From Promethearchaeota archaeon (GTDB lineage Archaea > Asgardarchaeota > Lokiarchaeia > Sigyniarchaeales > SOKP01): a stretch of DNA of 64,000 nucleotides. Both the position numbers and the translations under genes were made by a program. Numbering within the stretch: the first letter of the stretch is position 1; each line of letters opens with the position of its first letter. The notes under the pieces were generated by a model. The model did no database searches and was not told where the DNA came from. It saw nothing but the letters and a program-made list of their open reading frames with translations. This document shows, piece after piece, positions 49,347 through 59,607 of this stretch. The DNA is taken from assembly GCA_016839555.1 (NCBI GenBank), contig JAEOUA010000001.1:192001-256000 (forward strand). The letters run 5' to 3'.

Positions 49347-51020
49347 TTATTTCAGTTTCCCGTAAATATCTTTTTGTTGCTTATAGTTTTTTAAGATTTT
49401 TTTAGCTTCCCGATTTGAGAGGGATAGACTAATATCCGCATTTCTTGAAAGCGCACCTGTAAAAATTAATTTATTATCCGTAAAAACTTCAATATTATTA
49501 GAAGCATATTGCTCGGGTGCTTTAATAAGAATTTTGTTACGCTTTACTTCCACGTTAAGATTAATTTTTTCTCCAATTTGTTCCTCTCTCGGAAATGGGG
49601 AAGATTTTTCATAATCCGAAAACTTTTTCCTAGTCTTTATGGGATTAATAGGATTTAATACAACATCTTGTCCAAATGAATAGATTTCAAAAGCTAATTG
49701 ATTTGTCTCAAAGACTCTTACTTCAATAACCGGTCTTGCCAAATCTTTATCTCTAAAACCTGAAGGAACTTTAACCGTCATTCGTACAATTAAAACAGTT
49801 TCAATATCTCCTCCTTCGATAAAAATAATTGTATCAATTATCGATGGGAGCATTCCAAGTTCAACCCTTCCAATAAATCTTTGAATCGCATCAATGGCAG
49901 AAGAACTGTGTACTACTCCAATCATTCCAACTCCGGATAAACGAAAATCCTTATATATCTCAAAATCTTTAGTAGTTCTTACTTCATCAAATATAGTAAA
50001 ATCGGGGCGAACCAGCAAAAGTACATCAGCAGAATTTTCCAGATTGCCTTCAAGCTTAGTATATTGGGTAATTTCCGGGCGAACTTGTAAATCCCTCACA
50101 CTTTCCAAAGTTTTCACAATTTTATGACTTTCTAAGTAATAGTTGGCTAATGCTGCTGAAAATGTGGACTTTCCTGCCCCAGGAGCTCCGCAAACTAAAA
50201 TTCCTTCTGCCTTATCTAATCTTTTCTGAAGACGTTGATTTATTGAATAATCAGATAATTCTAAACTCACGAGAGGGCGTACAGCGGTGATTTCAACATC
50301 ATTAGAGAATGGAGGACGTGTAATTACAATTCGAAAATCTCTCATTTGAGCAACTAAAGCTCCTGTTTTTTCTATTTCAATAAAAGAATGTTGATCTTCT
50401 CGTACAAATTCTATTATTTCTAAAGCCACCTCCTCTATTTTTTGATTGGTTATTGGAATACTTGAAATCTTTTCAAGTCGCCAATTTCCCGGGGATCCTT
50501 TTTTAGCATAGGGTTGAATATTTCTTTTTAGATGAACGCTCATTGTTTCTTTGTCAAAAAATTCTAATAATTGTAGAGATAAAAGTTCTTTAGAGGTTGA
50601 AACATCTTTATCCTTTACATAAACTACCTCTAATCCTTCAAACTTACCAATATCTCCTTGGATACGATCTGTGGTTATTAAATGAGCATTATTTGCTTTA
50701 GCTTCTCGACGTATTAACGCATCTAACTCTCCTCCCGGAGATAATTTAATTTCCTCACGGGAGGGACGTTTTCCAGTTATGATTAATGTAATTTCTCCTT
50801 TATTATGAAGTTCCCGTAGAGTTTTTAAAATATCAATTCCAAAAAATCCAATCTCTTTTTTTATATTTGAGCGATATTCTATTTCAGCAATGACCACGTT
50901 CGGAATAATTATATTAGGTTTTTCTCCGAGGTCACCATCCTCTATCAACTTAATAATTTGCCCATTAAAAATTACAGATGTATCACATACAAATTTATCT
51001 GCCATAGCTTTTACTATCAC
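49347..51020 (-). CDS. PIN-domain / VirB11-type ATPase (PINA)
   Basis: VCDTSV PIN domain, GAPGAGKST, RPDFTIFDEVR, GVGMIGVVH, AIQRFIGRVELG. True start may be MADKF at ~51005. Confidence 0.92.
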   Translation of the reverse strand: MIVKAMADKFVCDTSVIFNGQIIKLIEDGDLGEKPNIIIPNVVIAEIEYRSNIKKEIGFFGIDILKTLRELHNKGEITLIITGKRPSREEIKLSPGGELDALIRREAKANNAHLITTDRIQGDIGKFEGLEVVYVKDKDVSTSKELLSLQLLEFFDKETMSVHLKRNIQPYAKKGSPGNWRLEKISSIPITNQKIEEVALEIIEFVREDQHSFIEIEKTGALVAQMRDFRIVITRPPFSNDVEITAVRPLVSLELSDYSINQRLQKRLDKAEGILVCGAPGAGKSTFSAALANYYLESHKIVKTLESVRDLQVRPEITQYTKLEGNLENSADVLLLVRPDFTIFDEVRTTKDFEIYKDFRLSGVGMIGVVHSSSAIDAIQRFIGRVELGMLPSIIDTIIFIEGGDIETVLIVRMTVKVPSGFRDKDLARPVIEVRVFETNQLAFEIYSFGQDVVLNPINPIKTRKKFSDYEKSSPFPREEQIGEKINLNVEVKRNKILIKAPEQYASNNIEVFTDNKLIFTGALSRNADISLSLSNREAKKILKNYKQQKDIYGKLK

Positions 51021-51621
51021 CCTCTATGTCTTTATTTAAAATTTCAAATTTTTTGACCTGGTAGTATATAGGACGACTTAATCGGTCTACAGTCGCCACA
51101 ATTAATTCTTTACGCGACCCTAGAGCCACCCTTGAGTTTCTATCTAAATCTCTTAATTGAATTGGACTTCCTTCAAACACAGGATAAATTAAATATTTTG
51201 CGGTATCTTTTCTAAAATCCGCACCTCGTTTATAGACCATAAAATCGATACCACCTCCAAAACCCGAGCGTACAATATAGCCCCTCCTTCTTAAGTCCAT
51301 ATAAATTATATATTTTTGCCATAGAAATTCATCATACTGAGAAAAATGGCTTAATAATCCTTCAAAATTATAGAGATCTTTAGTTTTATCATTATTTTCC
51401 CAGAGAAGTATCCTTTGTCGTTCATGGAGCAAGAGAACTTCAACAGGTTCTAAAACTAAAATTGTTTTATTATTTTTTTCTTCAATAATACCTATATAAC
51501 TTTGTTCATAGAATTCATTAATTCCTTCTTGATCTTCTACAAAAACTTTATTATTTTCGATGATGCCCTCTACTTGGATCTTTTCCTCATTATTTTCATT
51601 ATCGTGCTCATTATTAGACAT
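50995..51621 (-). CDS. endA: tRNA-splicing endonuclease subunit homologue
   Basis: L.PVE, Y.DLRRRGYIVRSG...DF.VY.RG, RVA...RKEL..A.VD...IYY. The catalytic His position appears to be Thr. Confidence 0.8.
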   Translation of the reverse strand: MSNNEHDNENNEEKIQVEGIIENNKVFVEDQEGINEFYEQSYIGIIEEKNNKTILVLEPVEVLLLHERQRILLWENNDKTKDLYNFEGLLSHFSQYDEFLWQKYIIYMDLRRRGYIVRSGFGGGIDFMVYKRGADFRKDTAKYLIYPVFEGSPIQLRDLDRNSRVALGSRKELIVATVDRLSRPIYYQVKKFEILNKDIEGDSKSYGR

Positions 51622-51688
51622 TTCCTAAGTAGAAGAAATATTCTCTCTCTAATGAATTTTATCTTTTTATGTTTATTACCAATTTTCA

Positions 51689-52666
51689 TTAAACTCTCAA
51701 AAATTCTTCTGGTTCGAGACTCGTTGCAAGCATAACTTGGTTTATGTCCTTATATTCGCTCCATTGTTGATAAATAACCCAATAATCAATTATATCTCGT
51801 CCTAAATCCCAATATGAGTGTAATTTTTTCAATTTTTTTAAAGCTTCTAAACCGATCGCCAATCCCAATTCTCGAAATGCGAGTGTATGAGTATTTTTAT
51901 TAAAAAGTTGAAGTCCGTATTTTACAGCATTTAAAATTTTGGAAATAAAATTTGGATTCTCATTCATCTGATGGAGTCGATAAGCATCTACAAGTAATTC
52001 ACCTATCCCCAGAGGATCTGTTGTGGGTAATCTTACAGATTGTGCTAATCTATGAATTTTTGCTATTTGTTCCTTTAAATTTACATCAACATGCTTATCT
52101 ATCACTTTAAAGGTAACATATCCATTTAGGGCATCATTTTGCCCCATAGATGGGATTAAAGGTCTACTAAGATCAATACTCATTTTCCAATACATCCGGT
52201 CATCATGAATAAATGACTCGGACGCTTTCATGAGGTCTACTGCCCATATATTATATTTTTTTTCTTTAGAAACTTCTCCCATTTTAATTAGAGCAATCAT
52301 CCATTTCGTTAGGTAGTGGAAATATTGACCATCCCGCTCCCATTCAAGAAACTCATTTAATTCCTCATTCGGCTTTCTTTCTGGTAACGATTTCCCTATT
52401 CTAAGACCCTTTCTTGTTGGATGGTCTTCATTGGAAAGCCACCCTTCACGATCATCATCTTTCCTATGCTTTCCAAGTATATCATGAACTTGATTTACTA
52501 AATCTATTGCCAATTGCTTATATGAAATATCTTCTGTCTTTTTGTATAATTGAATAAAATTGCATACAGCAAACGCATCTGTCCATAAATATCTCCTTGG
52601 AGGCTTATTGGAACTTAATCCTGTGCTTTCGGCAAATTCCAACATCAGAGTTTCGGCAATACTCAT
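51689..52666 (-). CDS. Conserved hypothetical protein, probable (alpha/alpha)-barrel glycosidase-like fold
   Basis: RYLWTDAFAV, GLRIGK, DGQYFHYLTKW, MYWKMSIDLSRPL, LAFRELGLAIGL. Confidence 0.6.
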   Translation of the reverse strand: MSIAETLMLEFAESTGLSSNKPPRRYLWTDAFAVCNFIQLYKKTEDISYKQLAIDLVNQVHDILGKHRKDDDREGWLSNEDHPTRKGLRIGKSLPERKPNEELNEFLEWERDGQYFHYLTKWMIALIKMGEVSKEKKYNIWAVDLMKASESFIHDDRMYWKMSIDLSRPLIPSMGQNDALNGYVTFKVIDKHVDVNLKEQIAKIHRLAQSVRLPTTDPLGIGELLVDAYRLHQMNENPNFISKILNAVKYGLQLFNKNTHTLAFRELGLAIGLEALKKLKKLHSYWDLGRDIIDYWVIYQQWSEYKDINQVMLATSLEPEEFLRV

Positions 52667-52753
52667 AATTTATGAATGTGAAGGGTAAATTATAAATTTT
52701 GGGAGTTCTTTACTCTTCCCACAATATATCCAAAATTTTAATAAAAAAAATAA

Positions 52754-54631
52754 TTAGTATAAATCTTTTACAACAAAACCTAAATCTAAACTATTTAGTG
52801 TTTCCTCCAGTGGATAGCCATTTTCTGGATTCCAACCCATTTTCTCGCAAAATCCCTTAAAATCAGATTTATAATCAATTTTCTTTCCACGATTAGGACC
52901 TGTTTCAAATGGAGGGTCTCCAACTACCCTTCCTGGCAATTCACTGTTAGCTAATATAACACCTTCTCTCAGCGTAAAAGCTTGTCTTAAATTCTGGATT
53001 CTTAAGCCTTTTTCTAAAATATCATCAATAGAGAGATCCCAACCAACAACTGCTTTAATAATTTCGAGTAAAGGATATGTTTGAAACCAGTAGGTGAAAT
53101 AACACATTCCAAGAGAATTAATACATTGATGGAACGCAGCGCACATCTTCATACCTTCATATCTAGCATCACCAGGTCTTTTAAATCCTCTTGGGAGTTG
53201 AAATTCTTTGACATATTTATTCCTATTCATAAAGCCTGATGATATGAAATGATCTAAACTGGAAGCAGTATGACGGCCTGGTGTTGGATCATACGCGTAA
53301 GTGCGAGCCATTGTGTTAAAAAATTTTGGATCATGCATAGCAAGTACTTGTCCTTTTGAATGCATCGCGAACTTTTCAGATCCTTTTCCTATAGTTTCTG
53401 CTGCTGATTTTGGACCATCTGCCAAAATTTTACCAAATCCTTCGTTATTAATTATTTTTTTAACAATTTCTATTATTGCATCCGTGTTTCCCCAAGTTAA
53501 TTCTATTCCATCGGTATCCTCTTTGTTTATTATTTGATTCTCAAAACATTCAACTGCAAATGCTACGCTCCCTCCAACTGAGATCACATCTAAACCAGCA
53601 CGATTACATAAGTCGTTTAAAATAAATAAGGAAATCAGGTCATCATTTAACAAGAGAGGACCGAAAGCCATGCATGTTTCATATGGAGGAATATGGGTCT
53701 CATCGATGTTTGCCTCCGGCACTTTCATTACAGCCCCACATTGAACTGGGCATGAAAAGCAACCATAATTTCTTACCCGGTATTTATTTATTTCATCCGC
53801 CACAATTTTATTCAATTTTTCCATAGGAAAATCTTCTGGCGTCCCTCCCCAGTTTTTTATTGGAGCATCTCCTGAAATAACAGAAGAAAAATTGAGACAA
53901 GATAATCCAAATTTATTATAAAGATACATCGCACCTGACTCGGCATTTTTAGCGCTAGTGTTATATTCTTTAGTGATTTGAACTAAGGCATTATTATTTG
54001 CTATTGAAAGTTTTTGATCTCCTTTAATTGCCAATGCTTTGAGTTTTTTAGAACCCATTACTGCTCCAAAACCAGATCTTCCAGCAGCTCTCATTTTATC
54101 GTGAATTATACACGATATTAACGAAAGTCTTTCACCAGCAGGACCAATCGCAGCAATTTTTACATTTCTGTGCTTTTCAATTATCTTATCTTCCGTTTCA
54201 TAAATATTTAATCCCCATAATTCATCTGCATCTAAGATTTGCTTATCATTATTGATAATCGTAATATATTTAGGAGTTTCAGCTACCCCCTTAATTAATA
54301 TCCCATCATAGCCACATTTCTTAATTTCTCTACCAAAATATCCACCACAATTAGAATCGCCCCAAGTGCCCGTTAAAGGAGACTTTCCTGCAAGCATAAC
54401 GCGTCCAGTTAGAGGAGCTATTGATCCCGTTAAAAGACCTGGAAAATACCCAATTATGGCATCAGGACCTAGTGCATCCGTTTTTTTAGGCATATTTTCG
54501 TAAATTAATTTTACAGCAAGACCATAACCTCCCAAATATTGCTGATATATCTCGTCTGGTAATTTTTCTTCTCTGAATGTTCCCTCCGATAAATCTATCC
54601 ACAAAATTTTTCCATGATATGCATTAGGCAT
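52754..54631 (-). CDS. aor: Tungsten-dependent aldehyde:ferredoxin oxidoreductase
   Basis: KSPLTG, IGPAGE, AAGRSGFGAVMGSKKLKA, CFSCPVQC, GLDVIS, HDP, LGMC. Confidence 0.93.
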   Translation of the reverse strand: MPNAYHGKILWIDLSEGTFREEKLPDEIYQQYLGGYGLAVKLIYENMPKKTDALGPDAIIGYFPGLLTGSIAPLTGRVMLAGKSPLTGTWGDSNCGGYFGREIKKCGYDGILIKGVAETPKYITIINNDKQILDADELWGLNIYETEDKIIEKHRNVKIAAIGPAGERLSLISCIIHDKMRAAGRSGFGAVMGSKKLKALAIKGDQKLSIANNNALVQITKEYNTSAKNAESGAMYLYNKFGLSCLNFSSVISGDAPIKNWGGTPEDFPMEKLNKIVADEINKYRVRNYGCFSCPVQCGAVMKVPEANIDETHIPPYETCMAFGPLLLNDDLISLFILNDLCNRAGLDVISVGGSVAFAVECFENQIINKEDTDGIELTWGNTDAIIEIVKKIINNEGFGKILADGPKSAAETIGKGSEKFAMHSKGQVLAMHDPKFFNTMARTYAYDPTPGRHTASSLDHFISSGFMNRNKYVKEFQLPRGFKRPGDARYEGMKMCAAFHQCINSLGMCYFTYWFQTYPLLEIIKAVVGWDLSIDDILEKGLRIQNLRQAFTLREGVILANSELPGRVVGDPPFETGPNRGKKIDYKSDFKGFCEKMGWNPENGYPLEETLNSLDLGFVVKDLY

Positions 54632-54810
54632 TATTTTTATCTAGTTTATTATATTATTATTAATTTATTATTTAGTCCATTTGCCTTAATAAAAGTTATG
54701 TTGAATGCCAATTCGGAATGAATTTAAATAAATGAGATAACATAAAATCTTTCTTATTTTTTAAAATTCTTTATAATACTAACTCTAACCACAAAAGTTA
54801 ATTAAAAATA

Positions 54811-55398
54811 ATGATTAATCCATTTGGTATGGAAGACTTATTTAATAAGCTTAAAAAACGCTTAAAAAACGCTGAAAGGATAGTTTTTATTGGAATTGGC
54901 GAAGTGAAGATGACTGATGATGCTGTGGGACCATATATAATAACGGAACTATTAGATAAAAAAAATGAAAGATTCCTTTTTATTAATGCGGGAATTGACC
55001 CATTAGCTAGAATTGACCAAATAATCGGATTTAAACCATCTCATATAATTATTTTAGACACCTGTACTTTAAATAAGGAACCAGGAACAGTAGCGATAAT
55101 TGAGCGTGAAAATATGACAGATCTGGTCCCAATTTCAACGCATACCATACCTATTCATATTGTGATTGATTATATTATAGAAAAAATACCTAATGTTGAT
55201 ATTTTTATGCTGGGATTCGTTCCTGAAAGCATAGATGGATTTACAATCTTGAAAATGTATGGGGAAGGAAAATATTCTATCCAAGAATTAAATGAAAATG
55301 AGGATCTACCCTTTTTCGGATTTCAATTAACGCCTACCCTTAAAAAAACCGCGAAACGAGTCATAGAAATAATTGAACAATTACTTCAAGTTATTTAA
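54811..55398 (+). CDS. hycI: Hydrogenase maturation protease (HycI-like)
   Basis: IGIG....DDAVG, INAG..P, IILD, ISTHTIP. Confidence 0.8.
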   Translation: MINPFGMEDLFNKLKKRLKNAERIVFIGIGEVKMTDDAVGPYIITELLDKKNERFLFINAGIDPLARIDQIIGFKPSHIIILDTCTLNKEPGTVAIIERENMTDLVPISTHTIPIHIVIDYIIEKIPNVDIFMLGFVPESIDGFTILKMYGEGKYSIQELNENEDLPFFGFQLTPTLKKTAKRVIEIIEQLLQVI

Positions 55399-55582
55399 AT
55401 TTTGATTAATATCTAACTATTTTCTATTTTATACCTTAATTGAACTGAGAAGGAAGTTCTTAGAAATTCAACTAATGATTAATTCTCGTATAAAACAAAT
55501 TTCTTTTCTTAAATGGAATATTTTATTTGGTTCTTCTTTTAACAATGATAAAAACTTTTTTACCTTTCTAACTTATTTTTAA

Positions 55583-56407
55583 TCATTTTCCTTTAAATTT
55601 AGGTGGTCGTTTTAATGCAAAAGCTCTTGTTGCTTCTCTGAAATCATGAGTTTTTGTTATTGTTTGATTGTTTGTATTCTCCAAATCCAATATTTTAGTA
55701 AGAATATCTTTAAAATACGTGTGAATAGTTTTTTTCATTAGCTTTATAGCAACACTAGGACCTTTCGGAGGTATTAAACGTAATGCTTGTTCCCTTGCAT
55801 ATGGAATAAGTTGCTCTGCGGGAAGAACTTTATTTACTAACCCTAAAGTTTCAGCTTCCCTTGCGGTGATCTTATCACCAAGATAGAGTAATTCTTTTGC
55901 TTTTTGAAGACCTATTAATCGGGGTAGAATAAAATGTGTACCAAGAATCGGTAAAACGGCATTTCTTATATAATATAATCCCATCCATGCATCCTCGGAC
56001 ATATAAATTAAATCTCCTCCTAAAAGACAAATACTTACTGCAGAACCTATAGCAAGCCCGTTAATGGCAAATATGACAAGCTTGGAGAAGTCCCAAAATT
56101 TAAGAGCTATTTTTTTTTCTGCAACGTCTAAAAAATCAATCTCATTTTTGATTTCTGGTTTAATGTCTTGAAAACTTCCAAAATAATTTCCGGAAGAAAA
56201 CGCATTAGCCTCTTCGCACCCAGTAAATATTAAAACATTAGCATTTTTATCAAGTTCCATATCATTTAAAGCGGTTTCAATTTCTAAGAAAGTGATTTTT
56301 GACATTGCATTTTTTCTTTTTGGAATATTAAGAGTTATTGTACAAATCCCATTTTCTTCTTTATTATATATTATTTCATTAAAATCTTCAATTTGCATAA
56401 TATTCAA
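55583..56407 (-). CDS. Enoyl-CoA hydratase/isomerase (crotonase) family
   Basis: ITLN.P...NA, AFSSG, AINGLAIG, LPRLIG...AKEL, A.EA..LGLVN, DFREA..AF..KR.P.FKG. Confidence 0.9.
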   Translation of the reverse strand: MNIMQIEDFNEIIYNKEENGICTITLNIPKRKNAMSKITFLEIETALNDMELDKNANVLIFTGCEEANAFSSGNYFGSFQDIKPEIKNEIDFLDVAEKKIALKFWDFSKLVIFAINGLAIGSAVSICLLGGDLIYMSEDAWMGLYYIRNAVLPILGTHFILPRLIGLQKAKELLYLGDKITAREAETLGLVNKVLPAEQLIPYAREQALRLIPPKGPSVAIKLMKKTIHTYFKDILTKILDLENTNNQTITKTHDFREATRAFALKRPPKFKGK

Positions 56408-56643
56408 TTCAATTATTTAATTTTTGAAATAAATTAAGATTATCTTTAGTATATTTATAACTTCTCTTTTTATCTATTATTAATTAAATCTTAAAAATTG
56501 AGGAAAATTGATTATCTTCAAAAAACAAAAAAAAATTTTGATAAGACGATAAGAAATTAAAAAAAATACCAAATAAATTCTTTTTATTTTTAGGAAAGTA
56601 ATTTTCTGGAATTCTACTTTGAATAATAAAGATTAAAAAAAAA

Positions 56644-56853
56644 TTAATCATCATTTTCTTCCAATTTTTCATTTTCTCCTAAAGTATTAATATAATCCAC
56701 TATTAAATTTATAGTTTCATTTACTACTTTTTTTTCCTTTTCTTCTAATAATTGTTTGAACGCCTCTAAAAATTTTACTGCTTTCTCTGCATCATGTATT
56801 TTCCTAAGATAATTAGTTCCTTTTTTGTTTAGTGAGCCTCCCCATACAGTCAT
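56644..56853 (-). CDS. Small hypothetical protein
   Basis: 69-aa helical ORF co-oriented downstream of tusA. Confidence 0.4.
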   Translation of the reverse strand: MTVWGGSLNKKGTNYLRKIHDAEKAVKFLEAFKQLLEEKEKKVVNETINLIVDYINTLGENEKLEENDD

Positions 56854-56927
56854 TTAAGAACAAAATCTATTTGATATGATTATATTTAATTAAGAAGATA
56901 AGATTTTTAAGAGTTTTTATCATAATC

Positions 56928-57155
56928 CTATTGCTTTTCGATCTTTAAATAATAAGTTTTTCCTTGCGTTTTGAATTCTAAAACTTTATCCCCATGAGTT
57001 TCAACATACCTTTGAATATTTTCTCCTGCTTCTGGGAAATCTCCTTCAATTTCAAGAATATCTTTAGGATTCATTTGACTTAATTCTTTTTTTGTTTTTG
57101 CAACAGGCATTGGACAAACCAAGCCTGAGCAATCTAACTTTTTAGATTCCGGCAT
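56928..57155 (-). CDS. tusA: TusA/SirA sulfur carrier
   Basis: LDCSGLVCPMP motif. Confidence 0.9.
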   Translation of the reverse strand: MPESKKLDCSGLVCPMPVAKTKKELSQMNPKDILEIEGDFPEAGENIQRYVETHGDKVLEFKTQGKTYYLKIEKQ

Positions 57156-57169
57156 TTTTTCACCTCATT

Positions 57170-57538
57170 TCATGCAAAAAGTATCTTGTCTGCTTCCTTA
57201 CACATTTCTAAGAAACCATGCATTGTTGTGGGGGTGCATCCCTCCATTAATTCATCTTCCTTCATTCCACGAGCTTTCATACATACACCACAGACTAAAA
57301 CTTTTGCACCTTCTTCAATAACGTTTGCAAGCCACTGTCCCACATTATCATAAGTTGTGGGGTCTTGATTTTTATGTCCTACCCATATTCCATCTTCAAC
57401 GAGAAAAATATTTATCTTATGTCCATCCAACAGAGCAGTGTAAGCAAATCTGAGCATAGTATAGGGTCTCTCTGTGGTGTATTGTCCAGATCCGATGGCG
57501 ATTGTGAATGTTAACTGTTTATCAGACAAATTTTTCAA
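57170..57538 (-). CDS. DsrE/TusD family sulfur-relay protein
   Basis: IFLVEDG, VCGVCMKARG; directly upstream of tusA. Confidence 0.88.
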   Translation of the reverse strand: MKNLSDKQLTFTIAIGSGQYTTERPYTMLRFAYTALLDGHKINIFLVEDGIWVGHKNQDPTTYDNVGQWLANVIEEGAKVLVCGVCMKARGMKEDELMEGCTPTTMHGFLEMCKEADKILFA

Positions 57539-57702
57539 CCTAATTCAATTTAATTGTTTATTATTAAGAAGGATAATATTAAATATTTATTAACCTTTTC
57601 GCTAATTTTTATTAATATAATCGATAAATAGCCAATAATTTACAAAAATTGTTTTTTTAATGAAGAGAAATTTATTTAAATAATTACATTGAAGGATTTA
57701 AT

Positions 57703-58524
57703 ATGAAAGAAAAAGAACTGAAAAACAAAATAGCGATTATTACTGGCGCTGCAGGAGGAATTGGAAAAGAAGTCGTCAAACTCTTTGACGAAAAAGGAAT
57801 AAAATTAGTCTTGACAGATGTTAATTTAGAGCCTCTAAAAGAATTAGAAAAGGAATTACACCAAGAGCCTCTCTTTATTTCTTGTGATATTAGAAACTTA
57901 GATGAAATTAAAGCTGTAATTTCAAAAGCAATTCAAACACACGGGAAAATCGATATTTTGGTAAATACTGTTGGAATTATTATCCCCTCTCTTTTTGAAA
58001 ATACTACTTATGAGGATATTCATAAACAAATTGATATAAATCTAATTGGCACTATTCAATTTACTAAAGAAATAATTCCTTTTATGAAGAAAGGTGGTGG
58101 AGGGAATATTGTAACTATCTCATCTTTAGCGGGAATCGTCCCTGAGACACATAGCTCAATTTATACAGCTAGCAAATTCGCATTACGAGGATTAAATTGG
58201 ACTTTGAATTTGGAATTAGAAGATCATGATATTTTTGTTTCAACAATTTTCCCCGATTCCGTCGACACTCCAATGCTCGAATATGAGGCTAAACATGGAG
58301 GTTCGCCTTTAACTTTCCTTCATGACCCAGTAGATCCTCAAAAAGTGGCGGAGGGAATTCTTAAAGCAATTTTAAAAAAGAAAGTGGAAGTATGTGTGCC
58401 GCATTCTGAGGGAATACTTTCAAAAATAATTATGTGTCTCCCAAGTCAAGTGAAGAGACTCTGGCCTAAATATGAAAAGAAGGGAGAAAAGAAACGAGAA
58501 GAATATCTAAAGAATTTAGATTAG
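57703..58524 (+). CDS. Short-chain dehydrogenase/reductase
   Basis: TGAAGGIG, SS.AG, YTASK. Confidence 0.93.
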   Translation: MKEKELKNKIAIITGAAGGIGKEVVKLFDEKGIKLVLTDVNLEPLKELEKELHQEPLFISCDIRNLDEIKAVISKAIQTHGKIDILVNTVGIIIPSLFENTTYEDIHKQIDINLIGTIQFTKEIIPFMKKGGGGNIVTISSLAGIVPETHSSIYTASKFALRGLNWTLNLELEDHDIFVSTIFPDSVDTPMLEYEAKHGGSPLTFLHDPVDPQKVAEGILKAILKKKVEVCVPHSEGILSKIIMCLPSQVKRLWPKYEKKGEKKREEYLKNLD

Positions 58525-58540
58525 ACATTACAATTTTTTA

Positions 58541-58780
58541 TTAATTTTATCGAGGCTAATAGTTGCTTTATAATCAGAAAGAGTAGAATCGAAAGAAAAT
58601 CTGGCAGACGATAATAATTTTATTACATTTTTTTTAATCTTTTCTGAATACTCTGAATTAAGGAACTAACTACAGGGGAAATCAAAAACATAATAAAATG
58701 AATTAGTTTTTGAAGTTGGTTTTTTAGACACGAATTTTCCAACGGTTTATGAACAAATGCTTCAAAAAGAGAAAATTTTT
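58541..58780 (-). pseudogene. Degenerate duplicate of the 3' end of the 59608-60912 gene
   Basis: Gap-free alignment to 59621-59860 (offset 1080 bp); about 47 mismatches in 240 bp by hand count; in-frame stops at 58666-68 and 58762-64. Confidence 0.9.
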
Positions 58781-58800
58781 CTATCTAAGTTCTTTTCAAG

Positions 58801-59604
58801 ATGATATTAATATATTTTAATAAATATTATAAAAATATCAATATGAAATCAGAAGTATATAAAAATATCAACAATATTAAGCTCCGAATGCGGATATTTG
58901 AGTCTAAAGATAGCGTATCAGAAGATTTAAAAGGAGCACTCATATTTCTCCAAGGATCTGGAGGTGCACAATTTTTTCCTCAATGCAAGTACTTTGCAAA
59001 GAGAGGTATGGTAACTCTTACAGCACAATTTCGTGTGCCAATCAGACATAAGAAATTTTGGCCATATTTTGAGAGTATTTCTGATGGAAAATCTGCCATT
59101 CGCTATATTAGAAGTAATGCTTCGAGATTTAATATTGATCCAAATAAAATTGCTGTTTCTGGTGCCTCTCAAGGCTCAATTTACGCATTAGGGTCCGCCT
59201 TAATCAAAGGTTTAGAATCTAAGGGTGAAGATCTTAATATTAGTTCAGAACCGAATGCTTTAATATTACTCAGTACGCCAATTCCATATTGGAAATTTAT
59301 TATTGATTACATTCATAAACGAAGACCCAATGAAATAACCCCTATACATCACATTAAAGAAGAACTCCCTCCTACAATTCTCATTCATTCTATCGAAGAT
59401 GCTATCGAAGATGTTAAGAAATTTACACGGAAAATGAAAGATTTAGGTGATGATTGCGAATTATTTTCATTCGAAGGTAAAGAACATGGATTTATCAAGC
59501 GTGGAAGGTCTGATGATGGGAAGTATGACAATAACCCTTATGAAAAATCACTCGTTATAATAGATAAATTCCTTTCAAGATTAGGTTATCTTATTGTGGC
59601 GTAG
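58801..59604 (+). CDS. Alpha/beta hydrolase (esterase/lipase, BD-FAE-like)
   Basis: D.KSAIRYIR.NA..FNIDPNKIAVSGASQG, PPTILIH...D, HGF. Start is probably MKSEVYK at ~58843. Confidence 0.85.
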   Translation: MILIYFNKYYKNINMKSEVYKNINNIKLRMRIFESKDSVSEDLKGALIFLQGSGGAQFFPQCKYFAKRGMVTLTAQFRVPIRHKKFWPYFESISDGKSAIRYIRSNASRFNIDPNKIAVSGASQGSIYALGSALIKGLESKGEDLNISSEPNALILLSTPIPYWKFIIDYIHKRRPNEITPIHHIKEELPPTILIHSIEDAIEDVKKFTRKMKDLGDDCELFSFEGKEHGFIKRGRSDDGKYDNNPYEKSLVIIDKFLSRLGYLIVA

Positions 59605-59607
59605 ATA

